In this document: positions 40,574 to 52,324 of the stretch, piece after piece
How the letters are laid out: every line of letters starts with the position of its first letter
How positions within the stretch are numbered: position 1 is the stretch's first letter
IMG/VR virus record: IMGVR_UViG_3300045977_000235
Location: 1-64,000 of that record
DNA length: 64,000 nucleotides
Origin: a virus
Reading direction: 5' to 3' (one strand)
Position numbers and translations under genes: made by a program
The notes under the pieces: model-generated
What the model was told of the DNA's origin: nothing
What the model saw: the letters and a program-made list of their open reading frames with translations, nothing else
Databases searched by the model: none

Positions 40574-41454
40574 CTACTATATATATCGTTTCAGAAAAAT
40601 TGTCAGAATATAATGATGAAGTCTATGTGTTTCATGAAGGTAATCAAGGGAAACCTATCAAAGCCTATACAAATAGAGAACCAGCAGAAGAATTGTGTTT
40701 CACACTAAACTGGCAATGGCTACTTGATAATGCAGATCCAGAGAAAAATGAATATTGCCAGTATGAATATCGTTTTGAAGATATGTTTTTTGGAAAAGCA
40801 TGGGACTATCTACAAGACTATGAACTTACACATGAAAGTGATTTAATACGTTTTTCAGCAAAATGTACAGATTGTATTCCAATGGATGTTAAGAAGTACA
40901 TTGCAGAACATTCAATTGCACCGTATTTGGTGATGGAGTGTACACTATATGGGTAGTATGACAGAGTGGAGTGTGTGTTTGAAGGGTGAAATCTATCTGA
41001 CCATCCAAGCACGGAGCAAAGAAGAAGCAATCAATTGTGCTTTTAAATGTATCAAGGAAGTACCAGGATACTTCAAAGTGAGAGAAACATTATGTGAGTC
41101 ATTAGATTTCAAAGATGATGACGATGATGTATGATCCAATTAAATTATTTAATAAGGAGTCCACCTATGTTTTTAGGAATACCATTTTTAGAAATATTGT
41201 TGATGTTACAAATCAGTTGTATGCCCCCAAATATAGAGGGCAATATGCTGGTGTTCAAAGAGTGTAGGGCATTGCATCCTGCGGTTATATCGTGTATGAC
41301 TGTGGGCAACACAGAAGTCATATTTCGACACGATTTAATGATTATGGCCTATGATCCTGAACCTGGTAATCTCAAAGCTGGCTACTATGAACGTACTTCT
41401 CCGGCCACTTGTGAATGGAAATATACAAGCATGGAGAAGAAACAAGATACATAA
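40570..41454 (+). other. Hypothetical CDS 40570-40956, ~40949-41134 and 41167-41454 (the last with a hydrophobic N-terminus)
   Basis: Coupled ORFs; AAGGAG RBS at 41154. Confidence 0.55.
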
Positions 41455-41642
41455 TGAAAGGAAAGAACTATGGAACCAAAAGATGTTGTACCCTATCTTC
41501 AGAAGAAAATTGAAAAACTATTCAAAGAACCACCTGCTCTATTGAAGGAACCTTATTTATTCTATACGCTTGCTTCTATCCCATTGTGTATTGTAGGAGG
41601 AACACTACTCTATCGTTTACTCTGTAAGAAGAAAGATACCGT

Positions 41643-41969
41643 GTGAAATACACATACCAGTACGTGTACGTGCTATCATTATTACTCCTGAGTATATTCT
41701 TTTCTCCTGTATCTTCTGCTACACTAACATGGACGTATAATGATAATCTTCATGAAGGATTTATCATTTTTCGACGACAAGCAGGTACAGGATACATATG
41801 GCAAGAAATACAGAGAGTGGATAAAAACACGCTCAAATATGTGGATCAACATAATGATGTGTTGTATTGCTACTATGTCAAAGCCTATGCTGGTACACGT
41901 ATATCAGCACGGAGCAATATAGCATGTATGACGGTAATCAATCCTACAGATTTGGTGATACAAGAATAG
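41643..41969 (+). CDS. Exported fibronectin type III-like protein
   Basis: Signal peptide ending VSSA, then TLTW....EGFIIFRR..W..I...YVD....YCYYVKAY....SARSNIAC. Confidence 0.75.
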   Translation: MKYTYQYVYVLSLLLLSIFFSPVSSATLTWTYNDNLHEGFIIFRRQAGTGYIWQEIQRVDKNTLKYVDQHNDVLYCYYVKAYAGTRISARSNIACMTVINPTDLVIQE

Positions 41970-42036
41970 AGACAAGTTCCTTGTCTCTTAAAAAGAGATA
42001 AAATTTCGGGGAACATAATATATATAAAAATAATTA

Positions 42037-42067
42037 TGGAGAGATAAATATATCTCTCCATTTTTTT
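42037..42067 (+). terminator. Rho-independent terminator ending the (+) operon
   Basis: TGGAGAGATA-AATA-TATCTCTCCA followed by T7. Confidence 0.8.
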
Positions 42068-42109
42068 CTTTGAAAAATTCTAGTGAATAGTGGTATTAAA
42101 TTATTTAAT

Positions 42110-43600
42110 TTTTAAAATATTTTTACAAAAAATTTTAGAAAATTTTTAGAAAATTTTTAGACAAAAAACAAATATACACTCGCCCTGACCCCCTCTGTCA
42201 TTTATTTGACAGACCCCCTGAGCCATAGTCACATAGCTAAACGCCTATGCATCTATCATCTCTTTTTTATATTAGACCTTAGCTATACATCTATATGGTC
42301 CTTCGTTATACATCTAATAAGACCTTAGTTAAGTACCTATATGTTATATAGCTAAGGACCATATAAGTATATACACATATAGCTAAGGACCGATATGTAT
42401 ACTAAAAGTCTAAAATGAGAATGAGAATCACTATGAGTCCTTAGTTAAACACCTATATATTCTCTGTATCATAATGATACAGTATTACATATGTATTACA
42501 TTGTGTATAACATGTATTACATATGTAATATCATCTGATATTATCAGATATATATACTCTTTTATCTGATAATAGTACCATGTATTACACCATATAATAT
42601 ATGTAATATATAAATACACTCTACATATTTTACAAAGTAAAAGCTTACATATAGCGTGTTACGTATACGTAACATACTAAACGTTTACACAGTACATAAT
42701 ATGTAAACGTTATGATACGTTTACATAATAACGTAAACGTATTGATACATAGTGCATACGTATGCATACGTAGTAATATGTAAACGTTATAGTATCTTTA
42801 TGTTATAAACAACGTTGTTTACGTATACGAAACACCATACACGTATGCATATGGTGTCTTATGTAAACAACAAAGCACAATACAATACTAAGGTATACAT
42901 ATATGGTGTTATATATACATATGCTTTCATATGAAAGCACTATACTCTATATGTAAACATTATGTATCATTCGTTTACTTAGTAAACGTTTACACTCTAT
43001 ATGTATACATATATAGTAATACGTAAACGTTATAGGATATATGTCTCTTTTTATCTTCTCTTATTCTATTATTATCCTCTCTTTATATATTATATAGAGG
43101 ATAGTATCGTATGTTATGCTCTTATTAGTAGAGCATATATGCTCTCTTATAAAGAGCATAGTGTATCTGTAGTACTTATAGAGAAAGAGAGTATTACTAT
43201 AGAACATAGGCGATTAAATTATTTAATCTGTAGTCTTGTAGTGTGCTCTTATGGTGTAGTAAATACGTAGTCTACAATATGCCTCTATAATGCCGTTTTT
43301 TATGTATACGTATTGAAAATAAGACGTTTTTTTAATAGGTGAGTATGTTTGTATGTCTTTATTAAAAAACAAGCTATATGCTCGTATAAGAGCATTATTG
43401 ACATATACACGTTTTATACAAGATCTGTATAAACCTTATACAAGTCTTATATAAATCTTGTATAAGACCTATACATAATGACAAATCATTATCAATACAT
43501 AGCAAAATGAAAGAGCATAAAAACAAGGTGAGTTTACAAAGTAAACTCTACAAGTACATATAGACTCTATACAAGAGTCTTGTACTTGCTCTTATGCTCT
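42110..43600. repeat. Non-coding left flank of the island: phased A-tracts, TGTCA-N6-TGACA box, dense short palindromes
   Basis: AAAATTTT(T)AG x3 at 42129-42160; box at 42196-42211; repeated GACCTTAG/CTAAGGACC, AACGTT, TACGTA, GTAAAC. Confidence 0.75.
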
Positions 43601-43632
43601 TATAGCTTTACTTGCTTATTTCATAAGCAAGT

Positions 43633-46600
43633 TTATTGCTTATACAAGACACCATACACGAATCCTGTACTATCTTCTATGATACATATACTATGGTATG
43701 GTTCTAAACATGGGTATATTTCCATGTCATCTATATCTATCTCAATTTCTGTTACTGTACCGTTTTCTCCTAAAGCAATTATTTCCCCTATACCATCTAA
43801 AGACAATAGATGAAAATAAGCAACATATGCTTGCTCATTTTCATATTTACCTGGAGAAACAATCCTACCATCTACTATTCTATAGTCTTTTTCTATTTGC
43901 TCTTTTAATGTTTGCCCGAATTTTTCATTGTGTAGCATATGCTCTTTTTCCTCTCTTTTAATTGTTTCTTGTAGCTCTTGATAGAGTCTTATGTCGTTAC
44001 CATATGGATCATCATACTCTGCATTTTCATGGTAGAGCATACTGTTATCCTCTCTTGACAATGGCATAGTGTAGTAGTCAAAGTACTGCATTGCTCTGTA
44101 TCCTCTCTTGTATTAAGTACCGCAAATAATACAAGGATAATAGATGCAATGCTTGTTTGTTACGTTGTACTGTACTTTACAAGCAGTACAAAGCATACAA
44201 TCTGTACATTGATACTGTTTTGCTTTGCAGTCTTTTTCCTCTGGTACATCGCTTGCTTGCTCTTTTTGTTGAGCAAGCAATAAGTGTAGTTTATTGAGAC
44301 TTATTTGCATTGTCTTTTATCCTCTATAGGCGAATTTTTTATCTGTCGTATAGTAGACGTACTGCGCCAATCTTTCCTTGTAGTTTCGTAGTATGCCTCT
44401 GTTTATATTGTCTTGAGTCCATCTGCTTTGTTTGTCATATGATGGTATGCTTGTATGGCAGAGTTTTTTAAACATGCTATATGCTTTATTAGAAGCAATT
44501 TCCAGAGTATCACAAGACTCTATATCCTTGTATGTTATCAAGTCTTGTGTACTTGCTACACTGTACCCTAAAGCATAGTGTGTTTTCTGTGACATTGTAA
44601 AAGTATCCTCTATAAATTGTTGTTTTATATGTTGCTCTATACACTTGCTTATAAAACAACATATACACTTGCTACAGACTTGCTTGTAGTCTGTTTATTC
44701 TACTTGTGTAATTTGCCCGAATTCCTCTCACTATGCCACAAGAGTACACACTAAAGACGTTATACTGTCTTGTCTCTTGTAGTGTCTTGAGTACCTTATA
44801 CAATGCATCTGCCATTGTATCGAATTCAGTATAGCAGAGCTTATAGAATACCTCTCTTGCTTCTAAAGACGTTGTAATAGTACCGTAGTGTGACCATGTT
44901 ACAGTATAAGGTACTTGTTTCCCTTGTATGATTAAATCTTGCCAAGACGCAATTGCAAAGCCTTGACTATATCCTTGTCTGTAGATGTCTCTTTTTGTCA
45001 TGCGCTTTTTTCCTTGTCGTGTTATAAAGAGCATATGATAGACATATGCTCTTGCTCTTGTTTGCTTACTTACTCTTTAATGCTTTTATCCTCTCTTTAT
45101 AGTTTTTCTTAATACCTGCCGCTATACCATCATCAAAAACAAGCCAGACATCATAAGATTTGCTTTCTTGTGTCTCGTTTAATGCTTGTGCAGTAAACTC
45201 GAAAGGTGAGTATTCTCTATTCATTTCCTCTGCATCATAGCAGAGCAAGTAAAACAGATCTTCTCTGTCTGTATTGTCGTTTACAGTCTCAATACAAGCA
45301 TTGTAGATGTGTTTAGGTACTTTATCACCTATAGATGGTAAGTCTTGATAGGATGCTATCATGTAACCTCTACTGTACCCTATGCTGTAAATGTATCGCT
45401 TATTCATTATTTGCATACCTCTTGCTGTATTGTGTGCATTCTCTGTCGTAAAGAATCAAGTACCTTGCCAGTGTAACAATGAAACGATGGTATAGTGTCT
45501 GTAATGCTTGTTTGCTCTATATAGTACCTTTCCATTGCATATTGATAACACTCTACTCCTACCATGCAAAACAAGTCTGCAATGTATCCTCTATAAGTAC
45601 TTTTCTTGCTTTCATAGTGGTCAATTGCTTTGCGTGCTATTGTCTCGTTACTGCTCTGCATTGTTGAGTATCCTACGATAGATGATTCTGTAGTATGCTG
45701 TATACGGTGCATTTATACGGTAGTCTTTTAGATTGTCTCTTGCTTCTTTTCTGCTTTCACTACAGCAAAGATCTTCCCACCTATCATAAAAACCTTGGAC
45801 AACGTAGCAGTACAAGTACTTGTTTGCTCTTTTCATTGTGTGCTCTCTTTCCTTGTAGGATTAAATTATTTAATCTGTACTGTGCTCTGTACCGTACTTA
45901 CTTGTTACGGTACAGAGTATGCTTTTTTCGCTCTACAATGCCTCTATTTTACGTTGTAATGTTTGCCCTATACTTTCCTATGCTCTCATGAGAGCAATGC
46001 ACTATAGAGCATTCTAGGCTGTTTTTTCGGCCATTGTAGACGTATATGCTTGTGGCACAGTAAAGAGCTTGCTTGTATCTTTACGCCAGACATAAGCGCC
46101 AGAGTGCAAGCAATTATCGTATATATAGAAGTAATCAATTGCTTTGTACTCTGGCGTATCAATTGCAAGTCTCTTGCCGTTTACGACATAAGAAAACACA
46201 AGCTTATGCCATATGTCTTTAGCTTTACAGTCTTTATATCCTCTAATGTACTCTTTCATGTATAAAGGTAGTCTATTATAGTCATCTGTCATTAGTACAA
46301 TTTCCAGATACTTGTTAGTAATCTGCTTGCCAGAGTAACAGTAAAGCTCTGCATTGCAGTATATATCATCTATACGTGCTAGCATTCTGTCTTTTATGTT
46401 GAGCATTCTATCTTTACGCATTGCTTTTGTTTTCCTCTTGTAGAGCTTGTCTGCATTCTACGAATTTTACATTGTTAGTGTTTAGGTAGTGAGTAAGCAA
46501 GTATTCGATATAGTCTATAGTCTCAAGATTGCTATGCATATTGAGACTTTCTCTTGCCACAATAAGAGCTTTATCAATGGCTCTTACTAAAGCTCTATAG

Positions 46601-47632
46601 TCTGCATTATATCGTTTCATAATAAGACTCGTTACTACCTTTGTGCTCTTTAATAATATCGCCATTCTCTAATAAGTAAACGCTTTCATTGGCACATCTA
46701 CCATATGCAGACTTACTATGGTCAAGGTATATGTTAAACGTCAACAGAGCTTGTCTTTTATTGTTTGTCGTAAAGACGAATCCTACGTTACCAACTAGCA
46801 CACTATACCGATCCATTTTGCTTTCCCTTATATGATGCTATCATGGTACTTGCTTATGATTTGCTATACCATGATAGCGTTTTGCTTTAGTTCTCTACAC
46901 TGTAGAGCTTTCTTGCTTTATACTTCTTAACAAGGTTATTGTACTCTCTTGCTTGTAAATGCAATTGCTCTATAGGCAATATATCCTCTCTTATTAAGTC
47001 ATGTTCAAGATTACTCGTTTGGCTTGTATTTGTCTCGTAACAAGACTCTACTCTATAGCATTCCTCTTGCGTGTTATAGTGGTATACCATAACGAGTCTA
47101 TAAGGTTTACCATCTGTATCATTATTCCTACGTACTACTTGATAGAACCAGATATTACTTTGTGCCATTATGCTTTACCTTTCCCTTGCCATTGATAGGA
47201 TCTGCAAATAATCTACTTGCGATTCGATAGCATGAGATACTAGATCCATGATAAACCAAGCATTGTGTAACATATGGGTCTGCATTTTAGGAGGTATTGT
47301 CTTTTCTACTTCTTGCTCTATATAGTTTTTCAATGTCGATACTTTATCCTCTCTTGTACTTTTTGCTAGTTTTTCCAGATACGGTAAATGTACCTTGTCA
47401 TTATTTAACCATAGGCTAACAATGAAAGTCTCAAAATTTGTCATACTCTGGTATTCTGCCATTGTTTGCTTTTCCTCTATTTGTCGTTACCGTATACGCA
47501 AGTCTGCTCTTTTACTACTTCCATATGCAATGTATGCATTCTCGTTTCATAGTAAATATTCATATGCATAATAGCGGCATATGACAGTACTACAAAAAGA
47601 GCAAGTACACTTGTCTTGATAGCAAATAGCAT
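43633..47632 (-). other. Cluster of about 12 small hypothetical (putative early) genes, including a tandem paralogue triplet at 44317-45407
   Basis: Co-oriented ORFs with AGAGGA/AAGGAA RBS. The triplet shares Y..GYS....AS.QDL..F..LC..GI..NY..R. Confidence 0.65.
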
Positions 47633-47689
47633 TTTGTTTTCCTTGTGTAGTGAGAGCATAGCAAGCAAGTACTATGCTCTCAGATTAAA

Positions 47690-49711
47690 TTATTTAACCT
47701 CTTTATAGAGAATAGCATACATATGTACTGGGATTTGTTTATGATACTTGCGTAACATTTTCAATGCCGCAGTAATCTGTTTACTTGTTAGCTTGTCTCT
47801 TTCAGCAAGAGATCTGCCAAATTTGCCGTCTAATTTGTTGTATCCTATATCATTCTTCTCTGTAGCTTGATCCAGGTTTCGATTGTCCAGAAAACGACAA
47901 GCAGAAAGTACCGTATCATGGATCTGCTTTGTATACGTTACCTCTTGCACCGTAGTCTGTACCGTAGTTTTTCCTACTGTGCTCTGCAATACCGTGTTTT
48001 TGGTGTCTGGCGTAGTCTGTACTGCGTTTTGTTTCTCTACCTTGCCAGAGTATAGGGTACTTGATTTGCTATGCTCAGATTGGCTTGTAGAGCTTTTTTC
48101 TCGTATAGGTTTATCCTCTCGTATCGTGACCTTGTTATCAAGTACTGCGTTTATAACACGGTACTTGTTAATAAAAGCTCTGATAAAAAGATTGTCCAGA
48201 GTGTTAGGTATTACAAGGTACTGTGCTAGTACTGCGTTTTTCTGTCCTATACGTAACAGTCTATCCTCTGCTTGTATGTTCAATAATGGTGACCATTCTG
48301 CCTCTACAAAGATTGCAATAGATGATCTAGTAAGCGTAAAGCCTACGCCTATCGCTCCTATAGTGCCTACAAGTACTACTATTTGTCCATCTTGAAATTG
48401 TTCTATAGTCTCTTGTCGTTTCTTAGGTGACACACTACCATCTAAAAAGATAGTATTAAAGTACTCTGCAATTTTAGCACCAACCTCTTTATGGTGAGTA
48501 AAGATTACTAATGGTGTAGTACTGCTCTCTTGTACTACCTTTATATGTTCTATAGCAGGATTAACTTTTGCTTTGCCAAGTTTTGCTCTTTCCTCTGCTA
48601 TATCCTCAAAACTTATCTTGTACTTGCGTAATACTTCTTGAAAAGTATCTGGATCTAGATCTGTTAATTCCTCTATATTGAAAGGTAAGCTACTATCTTT
48701 ATATGTCGATTGTAGCTCTATTATTTGCCTTGTCTTTTCTGGCAAATCTTTTAGAACTTCGTCTTTAGTCCTACGAATCATAATTTTACTGCGTAGTAAG
48801 CTCTGCAATTCGGATTCGTTACTACTACCTTTATTATTCCAACCATACCGACCTTGACTAGCAGAGCAATACCTTTTTTCGTAGTATGATTTGCTATCGA
48901 ATAGCTTTGCATTATGAACAATCGGCCATAGTTCTATAGGACGATTCAAGACAGGAGATCCTGTCATATATAGTACTTGTGTACCATACTCAACAATGCC
49001 ATTGATAGCAGGTATTGTATTGTATGTTCTGGTAATCGGATCGAATTCCTTATGTTCTGGTTTTCCTATAATTGCTTTAGTACGTTGTATATCTGGATTC
49101 TTTAGTAAATGGGATTCGTCACAGATTACTAGATCCCAAGGATGACAGAGCTTGTCATATAAAGCTACAGCAAGATCGTAGCTTATGATAACAATACCGC
49201 TATCTGCTACTCTGTCAGTACTTCTTGTTACAAGACAATACTTGTGTGCATCTACAAGCCAAGAAAAAGACTCGTATAACCAGTTAAGCTTGAGACTACT
49301 AGGGCAAACAATCAAGATGTCTTGATAACCTTTATAGTTTATCAAGCCAAGAGCTTGAATAGTCTTACCAATTCCCATGTCGTCAGCAAGTAGACATACT
49401 GGCTTGTCAAGCAAGTATTCTATACCTGCTATCTGATACGAGTAGTATTGCTTGTCTGCATTGCATGGTACTTGTAGATTGCTTGTAGTAGCATAGGACG
49501 CTTTTAAGGTATTGATAAACGGTAGCAGATTGTCTCTTGTTTCCTTGTCTGCATATGCAATTAGATGCATAGCATTCGCGGCATTAGTGGTATACCATAC
49601 CTTTCTGGCATAGTCGAAACGCATATTTGCCTTGTGTGCTAGCATTCTCTCGTTATAGTCGCAAGTAAAGACATACTCCGAATCTTTCATTGTTAGTATA
49701 GGATCTGCCAT
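47690..49711 (-). CDS. SNF2-family (HARP/SMARCAL1-like) helicase/ATPase
   Basis: LADDMGIGKTIQ, IVCPSSLK.NW, ICDESH, MTGSPVLNRP, GVGFTLT, QAEDRLLRIGQ. Start moved to ATG 49711 (GAGGT RBS). Confidence 0.92.
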   Translation of the reverse strand: MADPILTMKDSEYVFTCDYNERMLAHKANMRFDYARKVWYTTNAANAMHLIAYADKETRDNLLPFINTLKASYATTSNLQVPCNADKQYYSYQIAGIEYLLDKPVCLLADDMGIGKTIQALGLINYKGYQDILIVCPSSLKLNWLYESFSWLVDAHKYCLVTRSTDRVADSGIVIISYDLAVALYDKLCHPWDLVICDESHLLKNPDIQRTKAIIGKPEHKEFDPITRTYNTIPAINGIVEYGTQVLYMTGSPVLNRPIELWPIVHNAKLFDSKSYYEKRYCSASQGRYGWNNKGSSNESELQSLLRSKIMIRRTKDEVLKDLPEKTRQIIELQSTYKDSSLPFNIEELTDLDPDTFQEVLRKYKISFEDIAEERAKLGKAKVNPAIEHIKVVQESSTTPLVIFTHHKEVGAKIAEYFNTIFLDGSVSPKKRQETIEQFQDGQIVVLVGTIGAIGVGFTLTRSSIAIFVEAEWSPLLNIQAEDRLLRIGQKNAVLAQYLVIPNTLDNLFIRAFINKYRVINAVLDNKVTIREDKPIREKSSTSQSEHSKSSTLYSGKVEKQNAVQTTPDTKNTVLQSTVGKTTVQTTVQEVTYTKQIHDTVLSACRFLDNRNLDQATEKNDIGYNKLDGKFGRSLAERDKLTSKQITAALKMLRKYHKQIPVHMYAILYKEVK

Positions 49712-49816
49712 TGTAAATATACCTCTTATTAAACGCAGTAAAGAGAGTAGCATAGTGTACCTTGTCATTATTAAGGTACAAGGTACAAGGTAAATGTACC
49801 TTGTACCATGCCATTG

Positions 49817-50188
49817 TTATCGTATCGTTATGTTGCCTGAAATGCTACCTTTCCTCTCTTTCTTAGGTAGACTTTCTCTTATGATTTGCTCTGTTACCTT
49901 TAGACTTGCACCGTACTTTTCTTGTGCTCTGTCTATATCCTCTTGTGACATACTACAGATCTGATTAAATAATTTAATCGCTCTATCTTGTGAGCAATTG
50001 AGAACGCCACATAAACGAGTAAGAGTATCAATGTTTACTGGCGTTTTTTGGTAGTACGTAGGCAGACCAACTATGATGTCACCTTGCAAGTGTAGCGTTT
50101 CATCTACTGTATATCTACCAGACTTTAGCTTGAGTGTATCTGGTATCTTGATTGCTTTAATTGCAGCATATAGTAAGTCTCTTGTCAT
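49817..50188 (-). CDS. Hypothetical protein
   Basis: GAGGT RBS; contains a palindrome copy encoding IKLFN. Confidence 0.6.
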   Translation of the reverse strand: MTRDLLYAAIKAIKIPDTLKLKSGRYTVDETLHLQGDIIVGLPTYYQKTPVNIDTLTRLCGVLNCSQDRAIKLFNQICSMSQEDIDRAQEKYGASLKVTEQIIRESLPKKERKGSISGNITIR

Positions 50189-50205
50189 TAGCTTATACCT
50201 CTATT

Positions 50206-50532
50206 CTAGTGCTGCTTTTTTAACTTGATAGACATGACATCTGCAAGTAAATCTATCATCTCTTGCTTTGGCATTGTCCAACTATCGCCTAAAATACTTT
50301 CATAATGTTTCTCTGTTATGCTGTGCAAGTATTGTATCTGGTTTAATACTTCCTCCCAAGTACTATCTTTATGTATCATATACATAACAGCAAGTTTTGT
50401 TTCTTGCGATGGTACTTTACTTGCTACAGATTGCTTGTGATTTGCTTGTGCTCTTTTTGGCTTTGCTATTACATCTTGAGTACACAAGACAAGAGACACT
50501 ACAAGCAACATAAACACGCAAAACTTTTTCAT
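50206..50532 (-). CDS. Exported protein with signal peptide
   Basis: MKKFCVFMLLVVSLVLCTQDVIA. Confidence 0.6.
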   Translation of the reverse strand: MKKFCVFMLLVVSLVLCTQDVIAKPKRAQANHKQSVASKVPSQETKLAVMYMIHKDSTWEEVLNQIQYLHSITEKHYESILGDSWTMPKQEMIDLLADVMSIKLKKQH

Positions 50533-50874
50533 TCTCTTTCCCCTATGAAACGAGAGCACACAAGCGTATTGTGTAGTGTGCTCTCAGAATACCGTTTTTT
50601 CGTCCTACAATACGCCAAATTTCGATTTGTTTTCCAAGGTAGTGTGTTTATACATCTTGAGAAAACAAATCGTTTTTAGGGCAAAACAGAGCATAAAGTA
50701 AAAAAGACTCGTTACACTCAAGACAGAGCAACAAATTTGCTGCATCTACTATTGTGCAAGTATCATCTGTTACTGCTTGCTTGCAATTATCACAAAAGCT
50801 TTTGATTGTCATATGATGCTACTCCTAAAAAATAAAGAGAGCACAGTATCATACTGTGCTCTCGTATTGTTTAC

Positions 50875-52233
50875 TTATTTGTTGAGCTTTGCAATTTTAT
50901 CATAACAGACTTTCAAGTCTGCTACATAGTCCAGAGTACCATCTTTGGACTTTTCAAAATTGATAAGCATAAGCAAAACATTTTGCAAGCCAACACTTGC
51001 TCTTGCTCTTACTACGTTTGTATTAGCAGACATAAGCAAAGCTTTTACTGCGGGATCTTTCTCTTTAGAGAAGTCTGTACCTAAAGATACTGGCGTATCA
51101 GACCTTGGCGTACTTGATACAGTACCTTTATTTGTTGGTGCATTGTTAGGAGTAGCAGGTACATTGCTTGTGCTAGCAGGTACATTGTTTGTACTTGCTG
51201 GCTTGCTAGTACTTGCTTGTGACTTGCTTGTGCCAGTGTTAGCAGTACTAGCAGATCCCTTCGGTCTGCCTCTTGTACTGCCTTGTGTGCCAGTACCTTG
51301 TTTTGGTGCTTTGTTGCCGTTTTTAATGATTTGCTGTGCTAGTGCATCATTCTGTACTTTAGTCTCTTGTGTAGTGCTATTGTTGCCGTACTTCTTACCT
51401 GTCGCAACAATACTCTGAGCAGTAGTAGCACTAATAAGACCTTTCTCTACTGCCTCTACTACCTCTGGTGTAGCTTGTAACAAGCTAAGCTTTTGTGTAA
51501 CCCAAGGTGCAGTTTTGCCCATTTTGCTAGCTATATCTGCTTGAGTCCATTTATGCTCTTTAATCAAGCAAGCAATACACTCTGCAATTTCCATTGCTTC
51601 TAATGATTTGCCTTGATTGCTTGTAAGATTTGCAAACAAGAGCTTGTCTCTTGCTGTATCCTTGTCTGCATACATAGCAGGTAAACCATTGATAGCAAAA
51701 CCATCTGCTATCAATTCTCTTGCTGCTTGTAAACGTCTGTGACCTTCGGTCAAGTACAGAGTAAATGCACCGTTTACTGTATCTGCATATACCTTGATAG
51801 GAGGAAGATTCGCAGTACCGTTTACCTTGATATAATCTTTCAAGTCTTGCAAATCAAGGTTTTTTCTAGGATTAATACCTGCAATTGTTTGTACTTTGTT
51901 AGGATCGACAAGGAAAGCGTCTAAAGATTGCAAGATACCATTAGACTCTGGCGTAGTGGTAACAGTAGACTTGCTTGCTTTTGGTGTCTTTACTTTAGGC
52001 ATTGTAGCAGTATCCTCTTGAGTAGTGGTAACAGTCTCTTGCACCGTAACAGTAGACTTGTTAGCTTTAGGCGTTTTTGGTGTCTTATTTGCTGGTATGG
52101 TAGCAGTATCCTCTTGTGCAATGATAGACTTTGTTTGACCGTTTACTGTAATCGTAGCAGACTTGAGAGCAGTATCCTCTTGTACGTTGTTAGTAACGAT
52201 AGACACACTAGCAGACTTTTTAACTTTAGGCAT
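50875..52233 (-). CDS. ParB/Spo0J-family protein with disordered Lys/Thr-rich arms and an AT-hook
   Basis: NPR..L..L..I...G...PI.V...L.EGHRRLQA (ParB N-domain, GxxR), NL..NQGKSL..ME.A, HTH WTQADIASKMGKTAPWVTQKLSLL, V..G.IS...A, TRGRPKGS. Confidence 0.88.
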   Translation of the reverse strand: MPKVKKSASVSIVTNNVQEDTALKSATITVNGQTKSIIAQEDTATIPANKTPKTPKANKSTVTVQETVTTTQEDTATMPKVKTPKASKSTVTTTPESNGILQSLDAFLVDPNKVQTIAGINPRKNLDLQDLKDYIKVNGTANLPPIKVYADTVNGAFTLYLTEGHRRLQAARELIADGFAINGLPAMYADKDTARDKLLFANLTSNQGKSLEAMEIAECIACLIKEHKWTQADIASKMGKTAPWVTQKLSLLQATPEVVEAVEKGLISATTAQSIVATGKKYGNNSTTQETKVQNDALAQQIIKNGNKAPKQGTGTQGSTRGRPKGSASTANTGTSKSQASTSKPASTNNVPASTSNVPATPNNAPTNKGTVSSTPRSDTPVSLGTDFSKEKDPAVKALLMSANTNVVRARASVGLQNVLLMLINFEKSKDGTLDYVADLKVCYDKIAKLNK

Positions 52234-52324
52234 TGCTTCTATATCCTTGTGAGTAGTGAGAGCATAACACTATGCTATGCTCTCTTGATTAAATTATTTA
52301 ATCCCTAGCAGATGGACAGTAGTT

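Noticed and set aside
43001-43270. ORF in the left flank
   Set aside because: Low-complexity Tyr/Ile-rich translation of repeat DNA; no RBS.
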